Program-made: the position numbers and the translations under genes
NCBI RefSeq assembly: GCF_006345805.1
Contig: NC_043019.1
Coordinates: 7,625,360-7,689,359 of the forward strand
Direction of reading: 5' to 3'
DNA from: Octopus sinensis
Lineage: Eukaryota
Length of the DNA stretch: 64,000 nucleotides
In this document: positions 11,412 to 24,562 of the stretch, one piece after another
Layout of the letters: the number at the start of each line of letters is the position of its first letter
Position numbering within the stretch: position 1 is the first letter of the stretch
Notes under the pieces: model-generated
What the model saw: only the letters and a program-made list of their open reading frames with translations
What the model was told of the DNA's origin: nothing
The model's database searches: none

Positions 11412-11856
11412 GTCGGTGATGTGGTAGACTCTTTGGTATGCTGGATAAAATATTAAGTGGCAGTTCGTCTGGCTTTACCTAACGAGTTCAAGTTCTGCTG
11501 AGGTCGACTTTTCTTTCTTTTTCAGGGGTCAATAAAATAAGTACCAGTTGAGTACTGGGGTCGACGTAATCGAAGTACCCTTCCCCACAAAATTTAAGGT
11601 CTAGAGCCTATAGTAGAGACGATTATCATCAAATAAGGAGGCGGTGAGCAGCTACAGTCGGTAGCGGGTCCGATGGGTCAGGTTGCGGCAAATCACACGT
11701 CTTTAGGTTTTGACTTCAAACACCACCGAGGTCTACTTCATTTTCCATCATTTCAGGATCGATGAATTAAGTATCAATCAAGTACCGGGGTCGATGTGAT
11801 CCAATAAACTCCCACCCCGCCAAATCCCTATCCCTGGGCCAACATTTTAGACTTCT
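11412..11856 (+). mobile_element. Two adjacent old SINE family A copies (11412-11626, 11639-11856)
   Basis: Both carry gagttcaa..gaggtc(g/t)act..ttc..gg(g/a)tc(a/g)at..aagta..ggggtcga and a C-rich tail. Confidence 0.75.
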
Positions 11857-12122
11857 ATAATCACATAAGAAGGCTGCGATCAGGCAAAAACTTTAATAAA
11901 CCAAACAAAATGGCGAGTAGTATTTCATTCCGATTCTGAGTCCTTAAGTTTTGAAGAATAAAATGTTTAGAATGACCCAACAATGCATTGTAATACAAAC
12001 AATGGACGATACGAACTGTTGTAATTTAATCATCGATTGTCTGAAGTGATATTTCGGAATAAGAATTCCTTCTTCAAGTATCCCTAGGAGTAGCTGTTAT
12101 AATCGTTTTTTTAACGGCTTAG

Positions 12123-12158
<36 letters not shown>

Positions 12159-12176
12159 CACACACACACACACACA

Positions 12177-12238
<62 letters not shown>

Positions 12239-12448
12239 AAATAAATACATGATGCATGCAAAGGATTTAGCGGTACATATGTTTCGGGCCTTTATTAGAC
12301 GGTTTATAACAATGCATAATTGATGTAAATGTGTGTCTATAGCGTTCTTCAGCCGCGTACAATTGCTACTTCAAGGACATGTATACTCTATCACCTACAC
12401 CACTAAATGTCATATACAGGTGCTTACAATTATCAAGTATTCACCCTG

Positions 12449-12451
<3 letters not shown>

Positions 12452-12484
<33 letters not shown>

Positions 12485-12644
12485 GACGGGCTTCTTTCAG
12501 TTTCCGACTACCATATCCACTCACAAGGCTTTGGTCGGCCCGAGGCTGTAGTAGAAGACACTTGGCCAAGGTGCCATGCAGTTGGATTGAACCCGTAACC
12601 ATGTGGTCGGTAAGGAAGTTACTTATTACACAATCACTCCTTCG
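12452..12644 (-). mobile_element. SINE family C (tRNA head, CORE-like region) with (TA)n
   Basis: Reverse complement: cgaaggagtgattgtgtaataagtaacttcc..ggttcaatccaactgcatggcaccttggccaagtgtcttctactacagcctcgggccgaccaaagccttgtgagtggat..gaaagaagcccgtcgtatata; homologous to 44431-44587 and 51331. Confidence 0.85.
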
Positions 12645-13954
12645 TATGTATGACAATTATGAAGAATTGTTTATTGCCATATTGCTTGACTATTATGTAT
12701 AAATCATCGTAGAGTATACAAAAACCAGAGAAATTTAATTTGTATATTGTAATTGTGACAACGTAGACATCATTTGCACAGATTCTGTGTCAAAGGTTTT
12801 TTAACATATGGAGAAAACTCCTAAAACATCAGGAATTTCGAATGTAAGAAAATTTTTAGCTGAAACAATTCTGCAAGTTCGAAAAAGATTACAGACTTCA
12901 GCATGATTTCAATAAACTACAGCAGCAGAACATCTAAATGACAACAACACCAACATCAACGACCTTTTACAGCTCTCACCATTTCATCAAAACATTATGA
13001 CGAGAAAACCGCAAATCAAACGAACGAGCCACCTTTTCTTATCCTAGTTTACTCTCGCGCAATCTGCTGCTACTGAGTACACACACACATTTCGGTACGA
13101 ATGGTGTATTATTATGGCGCCGTGATTTACAATCCTGTAACTAAAATAATTGTATTTTTATATAAGCTTAAAGCTTATATAAAAATACCATTATATATAT
13201 ATATATATATACATATAGTCTTTATGAATTCTGTTGCCGGATTCTTGATGTGAAAACGTGTGTCGAAACATACATTGAACTGTTTCGAGATGGTCACATT
13301 TTTACTTTTTTGCAAAATATAAATATTCGATATACATTCGTTCTTCACTCGCTTATTACTCCTCGCTGAGGAGGTCACAGATGTGCGACGAAAGATTTCC
13401 AGACAATGGACATAAGTTAGAAGAAAAAAAGTAATAAATATCATGACTACCTGCCTGATAAGGGTACAACAGGCACATGCATCACAACCATATGTGATCT
13501 CATATAAAGATTAACAGCACATGACCCTGCAGGTGATGCCCAGTCAGAGGTTTCTTCAGGTCGAGTAGCCCGGTCCGCTCAAAGGGTCCTTGAATAAGGT
13601 TTGTTTTAAGGATATGGAACAAAATAAAATTCTTGGTGACATTTCATCTTTCTTCACATTCTGAGCTCTGTTGCGAAACGCCGACTTTTCCCTTGATAAA
13701 ATAGATACCAATTGAATACTGGGGTCGATGTAATCAACTAACCCCCTTCTCGCACAATAATTTGAAGCCATTATTAAGTAGATTATTACCCGTTTTTTTG
13801 TCATAGTATTATTGGAGGAAAGAGGAGCAGCTAGACAAGGAGGAGAATGGGATAAATTTATACACATGCCAGAAGTGTATCTCGCTTGCAGCCAATAATC
13901 TAGACACCACCGCAACATCAACATGTCCGGTGGCGGTATTAAAGCGAAACAAGT

Positions 13955-14188
13955 CGGCGAGCTGGCAGAAACGTTAGCACGCCGGGCGAAATGCGTAGCC
14001 GTATTTCGTCCGACGCTACGTTCTGAGTTCAAATTCCGCCGAGGTCGACTTTGTCTTCCATCCTTTCGGGTTCGATAAATTAAGTACCACTTACGCATTG
14101 GGGTCGATGTCATCGACTTAATCCGTCTGTCTGTCCTTGTTTGTCTCCTCTGTGTTTAGCCCCTTGTGGGTAGCAAAGAAATAGGTAT
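13955..14188 (+). mobile_element. SINE family A, near-complete monomer (tRNA-like head + conserved core)
   Basis: ggcgagctggcagaaacgttagc (A-box), gagttcaaattcc (B-box), core gaggtcgactttgtcttccatcctttcggg..cgataaattaagtacc, tail ttagccccttgtgggtagcaaagaaatagg. A degenerate extra copy lies at ~13650-13770. Confidence 0.9.
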
Positions 14189-14976
14189 CAAATCGAAATT
14201 TGTTTTAAAACTGCCAACCGCAATAGCGAAGATATTCTCACGCTCTCTGTTGGGCTTCTTTAAATTTCCGTCTGACGTATTCACTCGCAAGTATATTTTT
14301 TCATCAATCCGTGTCTATGATAGAAGAAGCATAGTTTTGCCCTATACAGTGCGATCATATAATAAACCGAATGGGTTAGAAGCGAATTTCTTATCATCGC
14401 TACTATCTGATATTTCCCGATTCTATAAATGTGCGTCTAGATTAATATCTTCCGGGTCTATGATGGTTCAGGATTAAAATAAATACAGAATCGTGCAATA
14501 TCTAATTATGTAAAGTGATAAAGCGAAGTATTGAAATAAAAAATAATAATAATGTAAGTTAAAATTTGATATGATAAAATCGTATCAGAAATATACCGAA
14601 CTAAAGAACAAAAATGACGTAAAGGAAAAATAGGAATAAAAGAATAAAATTGGAATGTAAATATTTGTATATTTTTTTTTGAAATTTCAAAGACAAAATC
14701 GTATTACGATAAAGGATATGAAGTGAAAAAAAAAAAGGAACGAACGTCAGCGAAATCATGATGTCTCTGTGAACTTAGATTTCTATTTTTGCTGAAGAAA
14801 AGAATGTTGCATTTTGAATAAGTGAACGACGCCTCGTATGAGGATATATATATATACACACATATATACATACATATATAATATATGTATATAATATATA
14901 TATATATAATATATATATATATATATACATGCACGCACACATATATACACAGATATATATGTGTATATGCATACAC

Positions 14977-15021
<45 letters not shown>

Positions 15022-15842
15022 ATATAATATATATATTATATGCATGAATATATACTTACATACGTTCATGAATATGTATATATAGATATATACATATATA
15101 AACATTTGTACCGATATATATATATATATACACAAGGCAATGGTTATAAGTTTGCGAACGTGTATATATATATATATATATATATATAAATGTATATATA
15201 TTTACACTTATGGTTGTATAATTATATAACAATGTTGACACGGTCGTATGTGCATATATAGATATGTATAGATATATTGATGTTTTCATGTTTTTTATAA
15301 ATATATGTTTGAGGCTGTACATATGTATGTACGAATGAATGAATGTATGTATGTACGTGTATATATTCATTTAATTCATTTTTATATACATGTATATATA
15401 TGTGTATTTTTCTATATTTATATATCTATATATACATACACATGTATATATGTGTATAAATATACATCTATGTGAGTACATGTGTCTGTGTTTCTATTTC
15501 ACTATGTGTATGTACATGCGTGTATCTATACATGAGTGTATGCAAATTCACTCACTTTTATAAACGCATAGATATACACACACACACACAGACCCCATAC
15601 ACAAATGCATGTAATACACGTTTGTGTGCGTGTCAATTTTGCCTGAACAAACCTGAAAGCTGAAACAAAAGAGAAAAAAATGGTAATATTGAAATACATC
15701 GAGCTTAGATATTCTTTGCAAGCAAAAAGTTGAAATGAATAGGAAATGCATCTTAGTTAGAATCGAAAAATAAGGGAAAGAAATTGGAAACAATTATAGA
15801 AATCTCAGAATATGTTATCGCGAAAAAGACACAAGGTGTATC

Positions 15843-16012
15843 GAGGCCCCCATATCTACGGCGTTCGCCGCTGGAATAAGGAGTGGTTGGAGGTCACGCG
15901 GTCGTTAGCCTCAAATCGCCAGGTCTGGTCGGCGTTTGTGAGAGATGCAGCATTGAGGATGAATGAAGCCAGCTCAACCCACCCCGGGTGAATGCTGTCT
16001 CAAGACAAGACA
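15843..16012 (+). mobile_element. 5'-truncated RTE-clade LINE 3' end with target-site duplication
   Basis: Frame GPHIYGVRRWNKEWLEVTRSLASNRQVWSAFVRDAALRMNEASSTHPG* resembles RTE ORF C-termini; short repeat tail (caaga)2; TSD aaggtgtatc at 15833-15842 and 16013-16022. Confidence 0.8.
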
Positions 16013-16720
16013 AAGGTGTATCAGGCTTTCTGTACGGATTCATTTCAATGCTTTCCTGTATTTGAGGTTCATTCCGTACCCCATTCGATAGAGTAGAAAA
16101 TAAAGACTCTTTCATGATACATTGTGGATTTCAACTCTGATCAACGTAATAACATATCCGAGAAGTTAGCAGTGTAGGAATATTTAGAACTTGTGCGATG
16201 ATAGGTCTACTCGTTAAGAATATAAAAAGAAGAGAGATGACAGCCAGAAGGACAGAACAAATAGATTAATTGCAGGCGATGATAACTGAAATCAAATAGC
16301 GTTTATTCACTCGAATTAACTATAGATATCATTGAAAATAGAGATCAGAAAATAACCTTCACACATTGCACGCTCATTCTAATAATACTAACAAAGATAA
16401 ATACGATCAAAGCAAGTCATAAAATATTTTTCAGAAATTTTGGAGTCATTGCAATATTGTTCCCGAAGTTTTAGTACAATGCGTTAGTAATAAGTCAACG
16501 AAATAGAATATTAATAAAATATTACTTGGTAGTATTAAATATAATAACAACAAAAGTAGAACCATAAAGAACTTTCACAACGGAATCTCTAATAGTCTGT
16601 GCGTTTGGCTATCTATAATGTACTCAGCGGTGTCTGTTCCCCTCAATCAAGATTTGTGTATGTGCGTGTGAGACAGGGAAAGAAAGAGAGTGACAGAGAA
16701 GTACACACACACATGTATGC

Positions 16721-16769
<49 letters not shown>

Positions 16770-16782
16770 ATATATATATGTG

Positions 16783-16832
<50 letters not shown>

Positions 16833-16921
16833 GTATAAATAAATGCACATATATAAAGACATATATAAAAATAAATGAATATATATGTAAATGCACATAT
16901 ACATACATATATAAAAATAGA

Positions 16922-16963
<42 letters not shown>

Positions 16964-17747
16964 CAAACATACATGTGTATGTGTATATATAATATATTTA
17001 TGTATTCGTATGTATGTCATATTATTAAGAAATTCGAATGAGAAATGGGATTTGATTTCTAATCATCGTTAAAAATATATTCGAATGGCTTTCGCCAATA
17101 ATTGCCTCATTATGTTTTCCCTTAGAGAACGTTATTGATAGTGGAACACGAAATCATTATCGGAGACACACATCGCCATATACGTCTGAACTCGTACATA
17201 CATACATACATAGATGCACATACACACGCACGCACATACACGCATATACACGGACGAGTGCGCAAGTATATGTGTATGTATGCCTATCAATATATGTATG
17301 TGCGTGTGTGTGTGATTCTATGTGTGCGTAGTCGTACACATTAGTTTAAATTACCTGTTTTCTCTTCTCGTGTTAAGAGGAAACTTTATTTAGAATATGA
17401 TATAACTGATCATTTATGTCATATATCAGATATTAATTCACGCCCTGCCTCACATACATTCCCCCCCCCCTACACGTAAATATAATGGACTCTCCCGTCA
17501 GTTTAAACGTATCAGGATCCGACAGCCTATAATTCTTTTTGTTAGTCAGAATGCTTATGTCAAACTATTTGTGCTCCGCCAAGGATTGACAAAGAAGCCC
17601 ACAGATGTTGCAATTATGAGGGTTGCAGGACAGCGCAGGCAGCGTATTTGCCATTCAGTTTTCGCCTTTGCCCTGCACCCCGAACTCCGTTCGTGCAAGT
17701 TGAATCAATTTGACAGGATGACCTCCAATTTGTTCGCTCCGAGTTTG

Positions 17748-17793
<46 letters not shown>

Positions 17794-17851
17794 TATACAT
17801 ACACACATATATATACATACATATATATGCATACATATATATACATACATA

Positions 17852-18126
17852 TAAAGACCCCCTTCGGTCATGAATGACCATAGGATTGCACCTAGAAAGT
17901 TACCCTCCTAGACACAAGTCCGGGCAAGGTTGTTTATGGAAGACCTGCAGTCGCCCATGCATACCGGCCTCCCCTCTCCACGCCACCAGTGTTATCCAAG
18001 GGAAAGACAAAGGTCGATACAGCTTGGCACCAGTGACGTCGCAACTCATTTCTACAGCTGAGTGAACTGGAGCAACGTGAAATAAAGTGCCTTGCTCAAG
18101 AACACAACACGCAGCCCGGTCCGGGA
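17852..18126 (-). mobile_element. SINE family B (CORE-like), 5'-truncated young copy inside a microsatellite
   Basis: About 6 mismatches in 275 nt (manual count) versus 28765-29039; flanked by TA/TACA repeats on both sides. Confidence 0.92.
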
Positions 18127-18188
18127 TATATGTATATATATACATATATATATATACATACATATATATACATATATATATACATACA

Positions 18189-18229
<41 letters not shown>

Positions 18230-18290
18230 ACATGCATATACATATACACATATACATATACACACATATATACGTATATATATATATACA

Positions 18291-18339
<49 letters not shown>

Positions 18340-19204
18340 ATAAGAAATAAAAGCAACTCTAGTATGCTATAGTATGTGTGTGTGTGTGTGCTCTTGGTTA
18401 CTGCTAGTAGTTATTATCATGACAATGTGATCTCTAGGATATTAAAATGTGTTACACCGATCAAACTGCCACAGAGGATCTGACGAGCTACAGATGGAGT
18501 CTAAAGCAGCTGAGCGTAGACGCGCTGAGCGAAAACGCAAAATATGTACAGTGATACTTACATGGAATATCGTGGTTGAAATATAAATCAACAGCGGAAA
18601 GGTAAGCCGCTGCATAATACCAATGATTGCAGCCTATCCATCTGCAGTCATGATACTATTATTTAACAGCTCGATTTTGACGAGAAAAATTTGCTCATTA
18701 CCTTGTCCCCACGGCTTTCTGTAGATATGGATTTATTGGAAAAAAGATAAGTCTTATGGGAAATCACAAATGAATCTTTATCACGCTAAGTAATGTAAAT
18801 AAAGATGGGGTTGTCCTAGTCTCTCATTCATGAGAAACAGACAGGCACAGATAGTAAGACTCATGGAAATGAACTGCCGACATACAATATAACAGTAACG
18901 TTGCTAAATTTTGATTTCTACCTGTCACTGTGCCTCGTTTATTTATTTTACAGAATCACAGTTTTAATATACACACAATCCAATAAGGAATTGCAACGGT
19001 GTTTCGTGGTCTGCTACCACAACAGGTCCTTTATAGGATCCAGTTAGCTTGAGACATCATCAGGAGGAACCACATCCGGTTTCGGCCCCTACTCCTCTGC
19101 ATGTCTTCTTTCTTCTTTCTTCTGTTCCCTGGCCTCTTCGATGTAGCGTCAACGAGTATCAGCGGGTGACTGACTGTCTTGTCAAATTTTCCCTTTAAAT
19201 ACCT

Positions 19205-19590
19205 GGCTTTTTCGACTACCTCCTGTACTCTCCTTATTAGTTTTTGCAGCTCGGAGCTAGAAAAAGCAAATCTTCTTTTGAATAACGTTGACATTTTTCT
19301 TTCAATGAAGCCCTAGCCCCTATTGCCAGGTGGCAATACTCGACAGTCCATCCCTGTTCTCTGCATTCTTCGATTAGTTTTTCGTACCTCTTCTCCTTTC
19401 GTACCTCTGCATTGCCGATGTTCTCTTCCCATTGCACTGTCAGTTCTAGCAAAATTCCTATTCTCCGTTCTCTGTTCCATGGGACTAAATCTGGTCTTTT
19501 TGTCGTTTTTACGAGTGGAAATATTACTGGAAAAATATGTGTATATAATCAAGAGTAGAGGAAAACTCCTGTTCTCGCTAAAATGTGTCG
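19205..19590 (-). pseudogene. Decayed R2-group (HERO-like) LINE restriction-like endonuclease region
   Basis: Minus frame reads KTTKRPDLVPWNRERRIGILLELTVQWEENIGNAEVRKEKRYEKLIEECREQGW..CHLAIGAR..LIRRVQEVVEKA, matching the RPD..ELTVPWEE..RK..KY..L..C..GW..VEVG.RG motif series. Confidence 0.8.
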
Positions 19591-19785
19591 ACACACCTTT
19601 ATAATTCTAGTGAGAAAACATCGTAAATATGTACGAATCATTTACTATTCTGGTGACTTCTAAGTGTCAAGCATCCGTTCTCAGTCAGGTCGATAAGCGA
19701 TGTTTACTTCCTGTCTTCATGTTTAAATCGATTCACTCTATTGCATTTCCGCTTTCTTAAAAAAAGAACTTATTCTTATTTTCAG

Positions 19786-19970
19786 GTTTGATCAGTGGAA
19801 TTATTCTTTTGCCATATTTCTTCATTTCCGTTTGTATTATTGTTCGTTATATAATGTTCTCGTCTTATTGTATAGTGCAATTGTACTCGGCAATTTCTGA
19901 AAAAAGACTGAGTTTATTTATAAAGAGACGTGGTAGCAGTTTGGGTGGTTGTGAAGATGGTCTGAAGTAA
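19786..19970 (+). CDS. Weak candidate exon, hydrophobic peptide, unidentified
   Basis: Strong acceptor cttattcttattttcag|G; frame LISGIILLPYFFISVCIIVRYIMFSSYCIVQLYSAISEKRLSLFIKRRGSSLGGCEDGLK*. No homology recognised. Confidence 0.2.
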
Positions 19971-20334
19971 TTTTGATCTGATATGCATAAACCTGGTTAA
20001 ATTTATGATAACCAATATTTCTGTTAAAAGCCTTCGATTAACGTGTGGTTAAAGATTAGGGATTTGATTACGGTTATCGTTTGAGCAGATTAAATTCAAC
20101 ATCTGCTTTTAGAACGAAGTGGACATTTAAATAAGCTTTCCCTCCAGAAACACACAGATATCCAAAATAACTATAAACATGTATGTAGAAGCTAAACATT
20201 GCATTACATGTCTAGATACACATATGCCAACACACTGGCCCCAATAATACATACTCTCTCTCTCTCTCTCAAACACACACATATATATACACACACACAC
20301 ACATGTATAGGAGTCTCTCTCTTTCTCATATATA

Positions 20335-20570
20335 TACAAATGGTATCAAACGTTGAGGGACTATTTCTTTTGCTCACCAACAGATGGCAGCACACTGTTG
20401 CGTGTGCAGTGAGAGCTACCAGTGACTTTCATGAGAAGTGTACTGAGTGACATCGCTGTGTTAACTTAGCGGATTGCGAAATTTCTGTTTCTCTGATCAC
20501 GTGTAAGTTGTAGACTGCGATTTTTGTCATGGACAGGAACAAAGAAACAACTGGGAATTCTGCGTTTAAC
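20335..20570 (+). mobile_element. Probable mariner/Tc1 5' end remnant (TIR-like start, leader, first codons)
   Basis: Starts at TA with tacaaatggtatcaaacgttgagggact (mariner-TIR-like); contains accaacagatggcagcac; ATG at 20529 gives MDRNKE.. followed by a decayed FC, like mariner N-termini. Based on recalled consensus only. Confidence 0.45.
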
Positions 20571-20855
20571 TTACAAACAAATATATAGACAAATATATAT
20601 ACAAATATATATACAGCTTACTTACAAACAAATATATATACAAACAGCAAATGCTACACCAGAAGTTACAAGAGCAACATAGATACACAGTTCAGAAATT
20701 CCGACCCCATATCCGGTTTTTGGTTTCCCCAAAATTGGTCTATCACAAATTTAGTTTTTCAAAATAACAATCCAAAAATGTTGGATAGCACGGTACCGTA
20801 GGCTGCACGTAGTAAACCCGCAACGCATAAAAGAATTCAGGAGCTCGAACAAAAC

Positions 20856-20857
<2 letters not shown>

Positions 20858-20950
<93 letters not shown>
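20858..20950. repeat. (ATT)n(AGT)n microsatellite
   Basis: Directly visible. Confidence 0.95.
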
Positions 20951-20951
<1 letters not shown>

Positions 20952-21562
20952 TTGGAATATGATTCTCATCATTTCTCTTTTTTGCAATGATATCTGTAGC
21001 TAATGTGAATAAATGTCATAGGATTTCAGCTATAATCGATCGGAAATTTAGTTTGTATTGTTGTTTTCATAACTAGACAACCTCACCGTAGACATATCTC
21101 ATTGGGGCTCCATAAGAATCTATTACGACTATCTTATGCATGTATTACATCTTAATTTATTTACGAATGTGCTGATAGCTGAAAATCTGCTGATATACTT
21201 CATAGTAAGACTTGGTATAGAAACTAAATACTTTAGACGTGTTTGCATTTCACGTCCCAAAAGTATCAGTCGACAACTTGACTAATATTGAACTCAGTTG
21301 CCCAGATTTAGTTATGATATTATCAACTGGAGCTCCAAACAAATTTCAGAGTCGCTGTGAATTGTACAGTAATCGATTGGTGATGAAACTGTAATAATAT
21401 CACATAAAATGGCGTCATGCGGATCGTGCATTTCCTATCCACAGTGAGGCTGTGCAAACAGGGCAGCTGTTTGCGACTGTCTCGTGTGCATCGTAAATTT
21501 TAATTAATTTACGAGTGCAGTGATGACTAAAAATGTATACATATACTCCGTATTAAATTTAG

Positions 21563-21603
<41 letters not shown>

Positions 21604-21677
21604 ATAGTGCATGCACACACACAAATACACGCACACATATATGTATATATATGTATATATGTATATATGTATATGTA

Positions 21678-21761
<84 letters not shown>

Positions 21762-21991
21762 GTGCATGCACACATACAAATACACGCACACATATATGTA
21801 TATATATGTATATATATATATATATATGTATATGTATATATGTATAGATAGATACATACATATATACATATATACATATATACATATATACATATATACA
21901 TATATACATATATATATATATAGTTAATCCAAACAAGAAAGAAGAAAAAACACAACGCGAGGACGTGGAACAAATATAGTATTACTGGACA

Positions 21992-22029
<38 letters not shown>

Positions 22030-22989
22030 ATTCTACAATCGCATGTGTGTGTATGTATGTATGTATTTACATCCGTTTTAATGTGTTTTTGTGTGTAGGT
22101 TTGTCTAAGTGTATACGTAACAAGTAATCGAAATTTTTCTCTTTGCAAAATTTTAAGTGTTCTTCGATTAAAATTCCATTCCACAAAGTGCTCAAAAAAA
22201 TCAAAGAGGTAACGCCTTCTATCATCACTCCTTAGAGCTTACTCTCAAATCGCAATGTACCATTTGTTTCTAATATTGTGTCGTGGTCTTCATTGTATGT
22301 TCGAAAAAATATCCAATGTACTGCTGAAAGGTAGCTCTATCTACTTCGAAATACGCCGTCAGAGACCAAGTAGACAAGCCTCACGAAATTTTAAAATTCT
22401 TATAGTGAGAAGAAAATAGGATTCTCGCTTTAAGAACAGACCTTCTAGAGTGGACAGAGAAATTCGACCGATTACTTTGCGATTACGACAGAACTTCTGC
22501 CATGAACTTTTACAGGAGTAGATTTTTGAGGCTGAGAAGCAATCGTCGGTATTTTCTATTCACTAGATTAGTTTTGAGTCAATAATTACACACCGATTTC
22601 TACAGCATTTTTGCTTCAAGCACACACACACAAACACCCACCACACACGTAAACACACACACACGCCAACGTACATCTCCGCACACGCAAGCACAGACAC
22701 ACGCAGAAATACACGCATATATGCAGGTACACATATGTATCTACACGTATATACCTGTAAATATGTGAGCGCATGTGCGTCTTTCGTTGCGCAGATATCT
22801 TTGCGTGCCACCGCTCGAGAAACTGTACTGCCTTCTATACGGCCCCATAATCTAAAACTCACATCATACTCCAAGCTAATATATAGTACATTCATACATA
22901 CATACACGCACACACATACATATATATATGTATATATGTATATATATATATATGTGTGTATATATATGTATATGTATATATATATATAT

Positions 22990-23080
<91 letters not shown>

Positions 23081-24187
23081 AGCCCCCATCCCCCCCAAAA
23101 AAACATGGTACATGACTTCACGACTCAAAAGCTTTGAAGACTCAAATCCTTTCATACACTCCTCGTATATATAGATATCGCTAATTAATACATAATTATG
23201 TAGTTGCAAATGCCAAATTATTATATTTGTCCATTAATAGTGGACGTCGAGTTCGAGACTAAGTAATTCATTTTTTTGTTCGTTCTAGTGTTATGATAGC
23301 TTGCCTCATGAATTATTTTTGCTTTGTTTTTTTGTAGTTTGGTTTTTACTGCCATTCCTAGCATGTAAGGAGTCCTGTCAATGGTCTCCTCTCTGTGTAT
23401 AAAAATATTTTATACACTCTTATATTTTTTAGAAATATGTTATGTCTCATGACATATCTCATAGTAATAAATTATGTTAATTTACTACCTTCATAGTTAC
23501 GTACAGTATAAAGGAATATACGTCTGTGACTACTAAAAAATCAAATATAAATGAAACATCCTAGTTACCCATAACTGACACTGTTTCTATGAAGTTTTTC
23601 GGGGACAAGCCTCACCTCGCTTTGTTTCAGACATCGTAGCAACTGCCTCAGTAAATGAATGCATTTTATTTAACATCTCTTCGTAGTTTTAAGCCGCTAT
23701 TAATCATTACTATTGAAATATGGCAACATCGATCTACACAAGTAGAGCAATCTTGTCCGGTTGATTCCGATATTACTTATGTTTCAGTAGTCTATATATT
23801 TATACAATGTTATAATACAAAATAAACTAATGGAAACGAATAGATAGAGGCCGCCACTGAATGTGTGAATTAACAAAGATTAATTAAATTCATTGGCTAG
23901 CTATTCAATTAATATAGTAACAAAGCATTGTGGCTGTAGATACAAAGTTATCTGGCAAAGAAGGCCAATGTTATTCGTTCGATTATAAGTTAACAAAGGT
24001 GAGTGAAACTAATGAATCATTCCCACAGTACTTTCTTTCCACGGTGAGGAGGTAGAAGCAGTCTATTACTGCTCTCCTTTGTTCTCCATCAAATTTAATT
24101 ATAATGTTGACGTAGAACCGTTTGAAATCTCTACCTTCTACAACGCATACGACTAACTCTGTCTTTTGAATTATGTCATTACATATA

Positions 24188-24228
<41 letters not shown>

Positions 24229-24562
24229 CAATAAGAAAATGGAGGAGATCAATTGGCGGTTCATCAACTTTTGGACGTTATATTTGTTAACGTATTTACT
24301 TATTTACTAAACTGACAATTACAATAATATACATACATATAACATATTATGCTTTATATATACGATATAAAATATAGTAATATATAAGGATACCAGTAAT
24401 TATTGTAAAATAACAAAGATGAATATAAATTGGGAAATATATATATATATATATATCTGTATATATATATATATGTGTGTGTGTGTATGTATGTAGAAAA
24501 CCGAGGTAGTCAGAATCTGGACAGAACTCATTGAGAGTTTTGTTAATTTCAGAACTTCATGC

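Noticed and set aside
14166-14477. 103-aa non-repetitive ORF, and an antisense frame interrupted only by TAG stops
   Set aside because: It begins in a SINE tail, has no recognisable motif or splice signals, and several ORFs of this length are expected by chance in 64 kb.
18480-18510. Hammerhead-like CTGACGAG (also cttatgag..gcgaaacg at 59209-59250, ctcatgagcc at ~6593 and ctgatgaaggg at 2115)
   Set aside because: Missing GAAA in register, broken core, or no stem I pairing.
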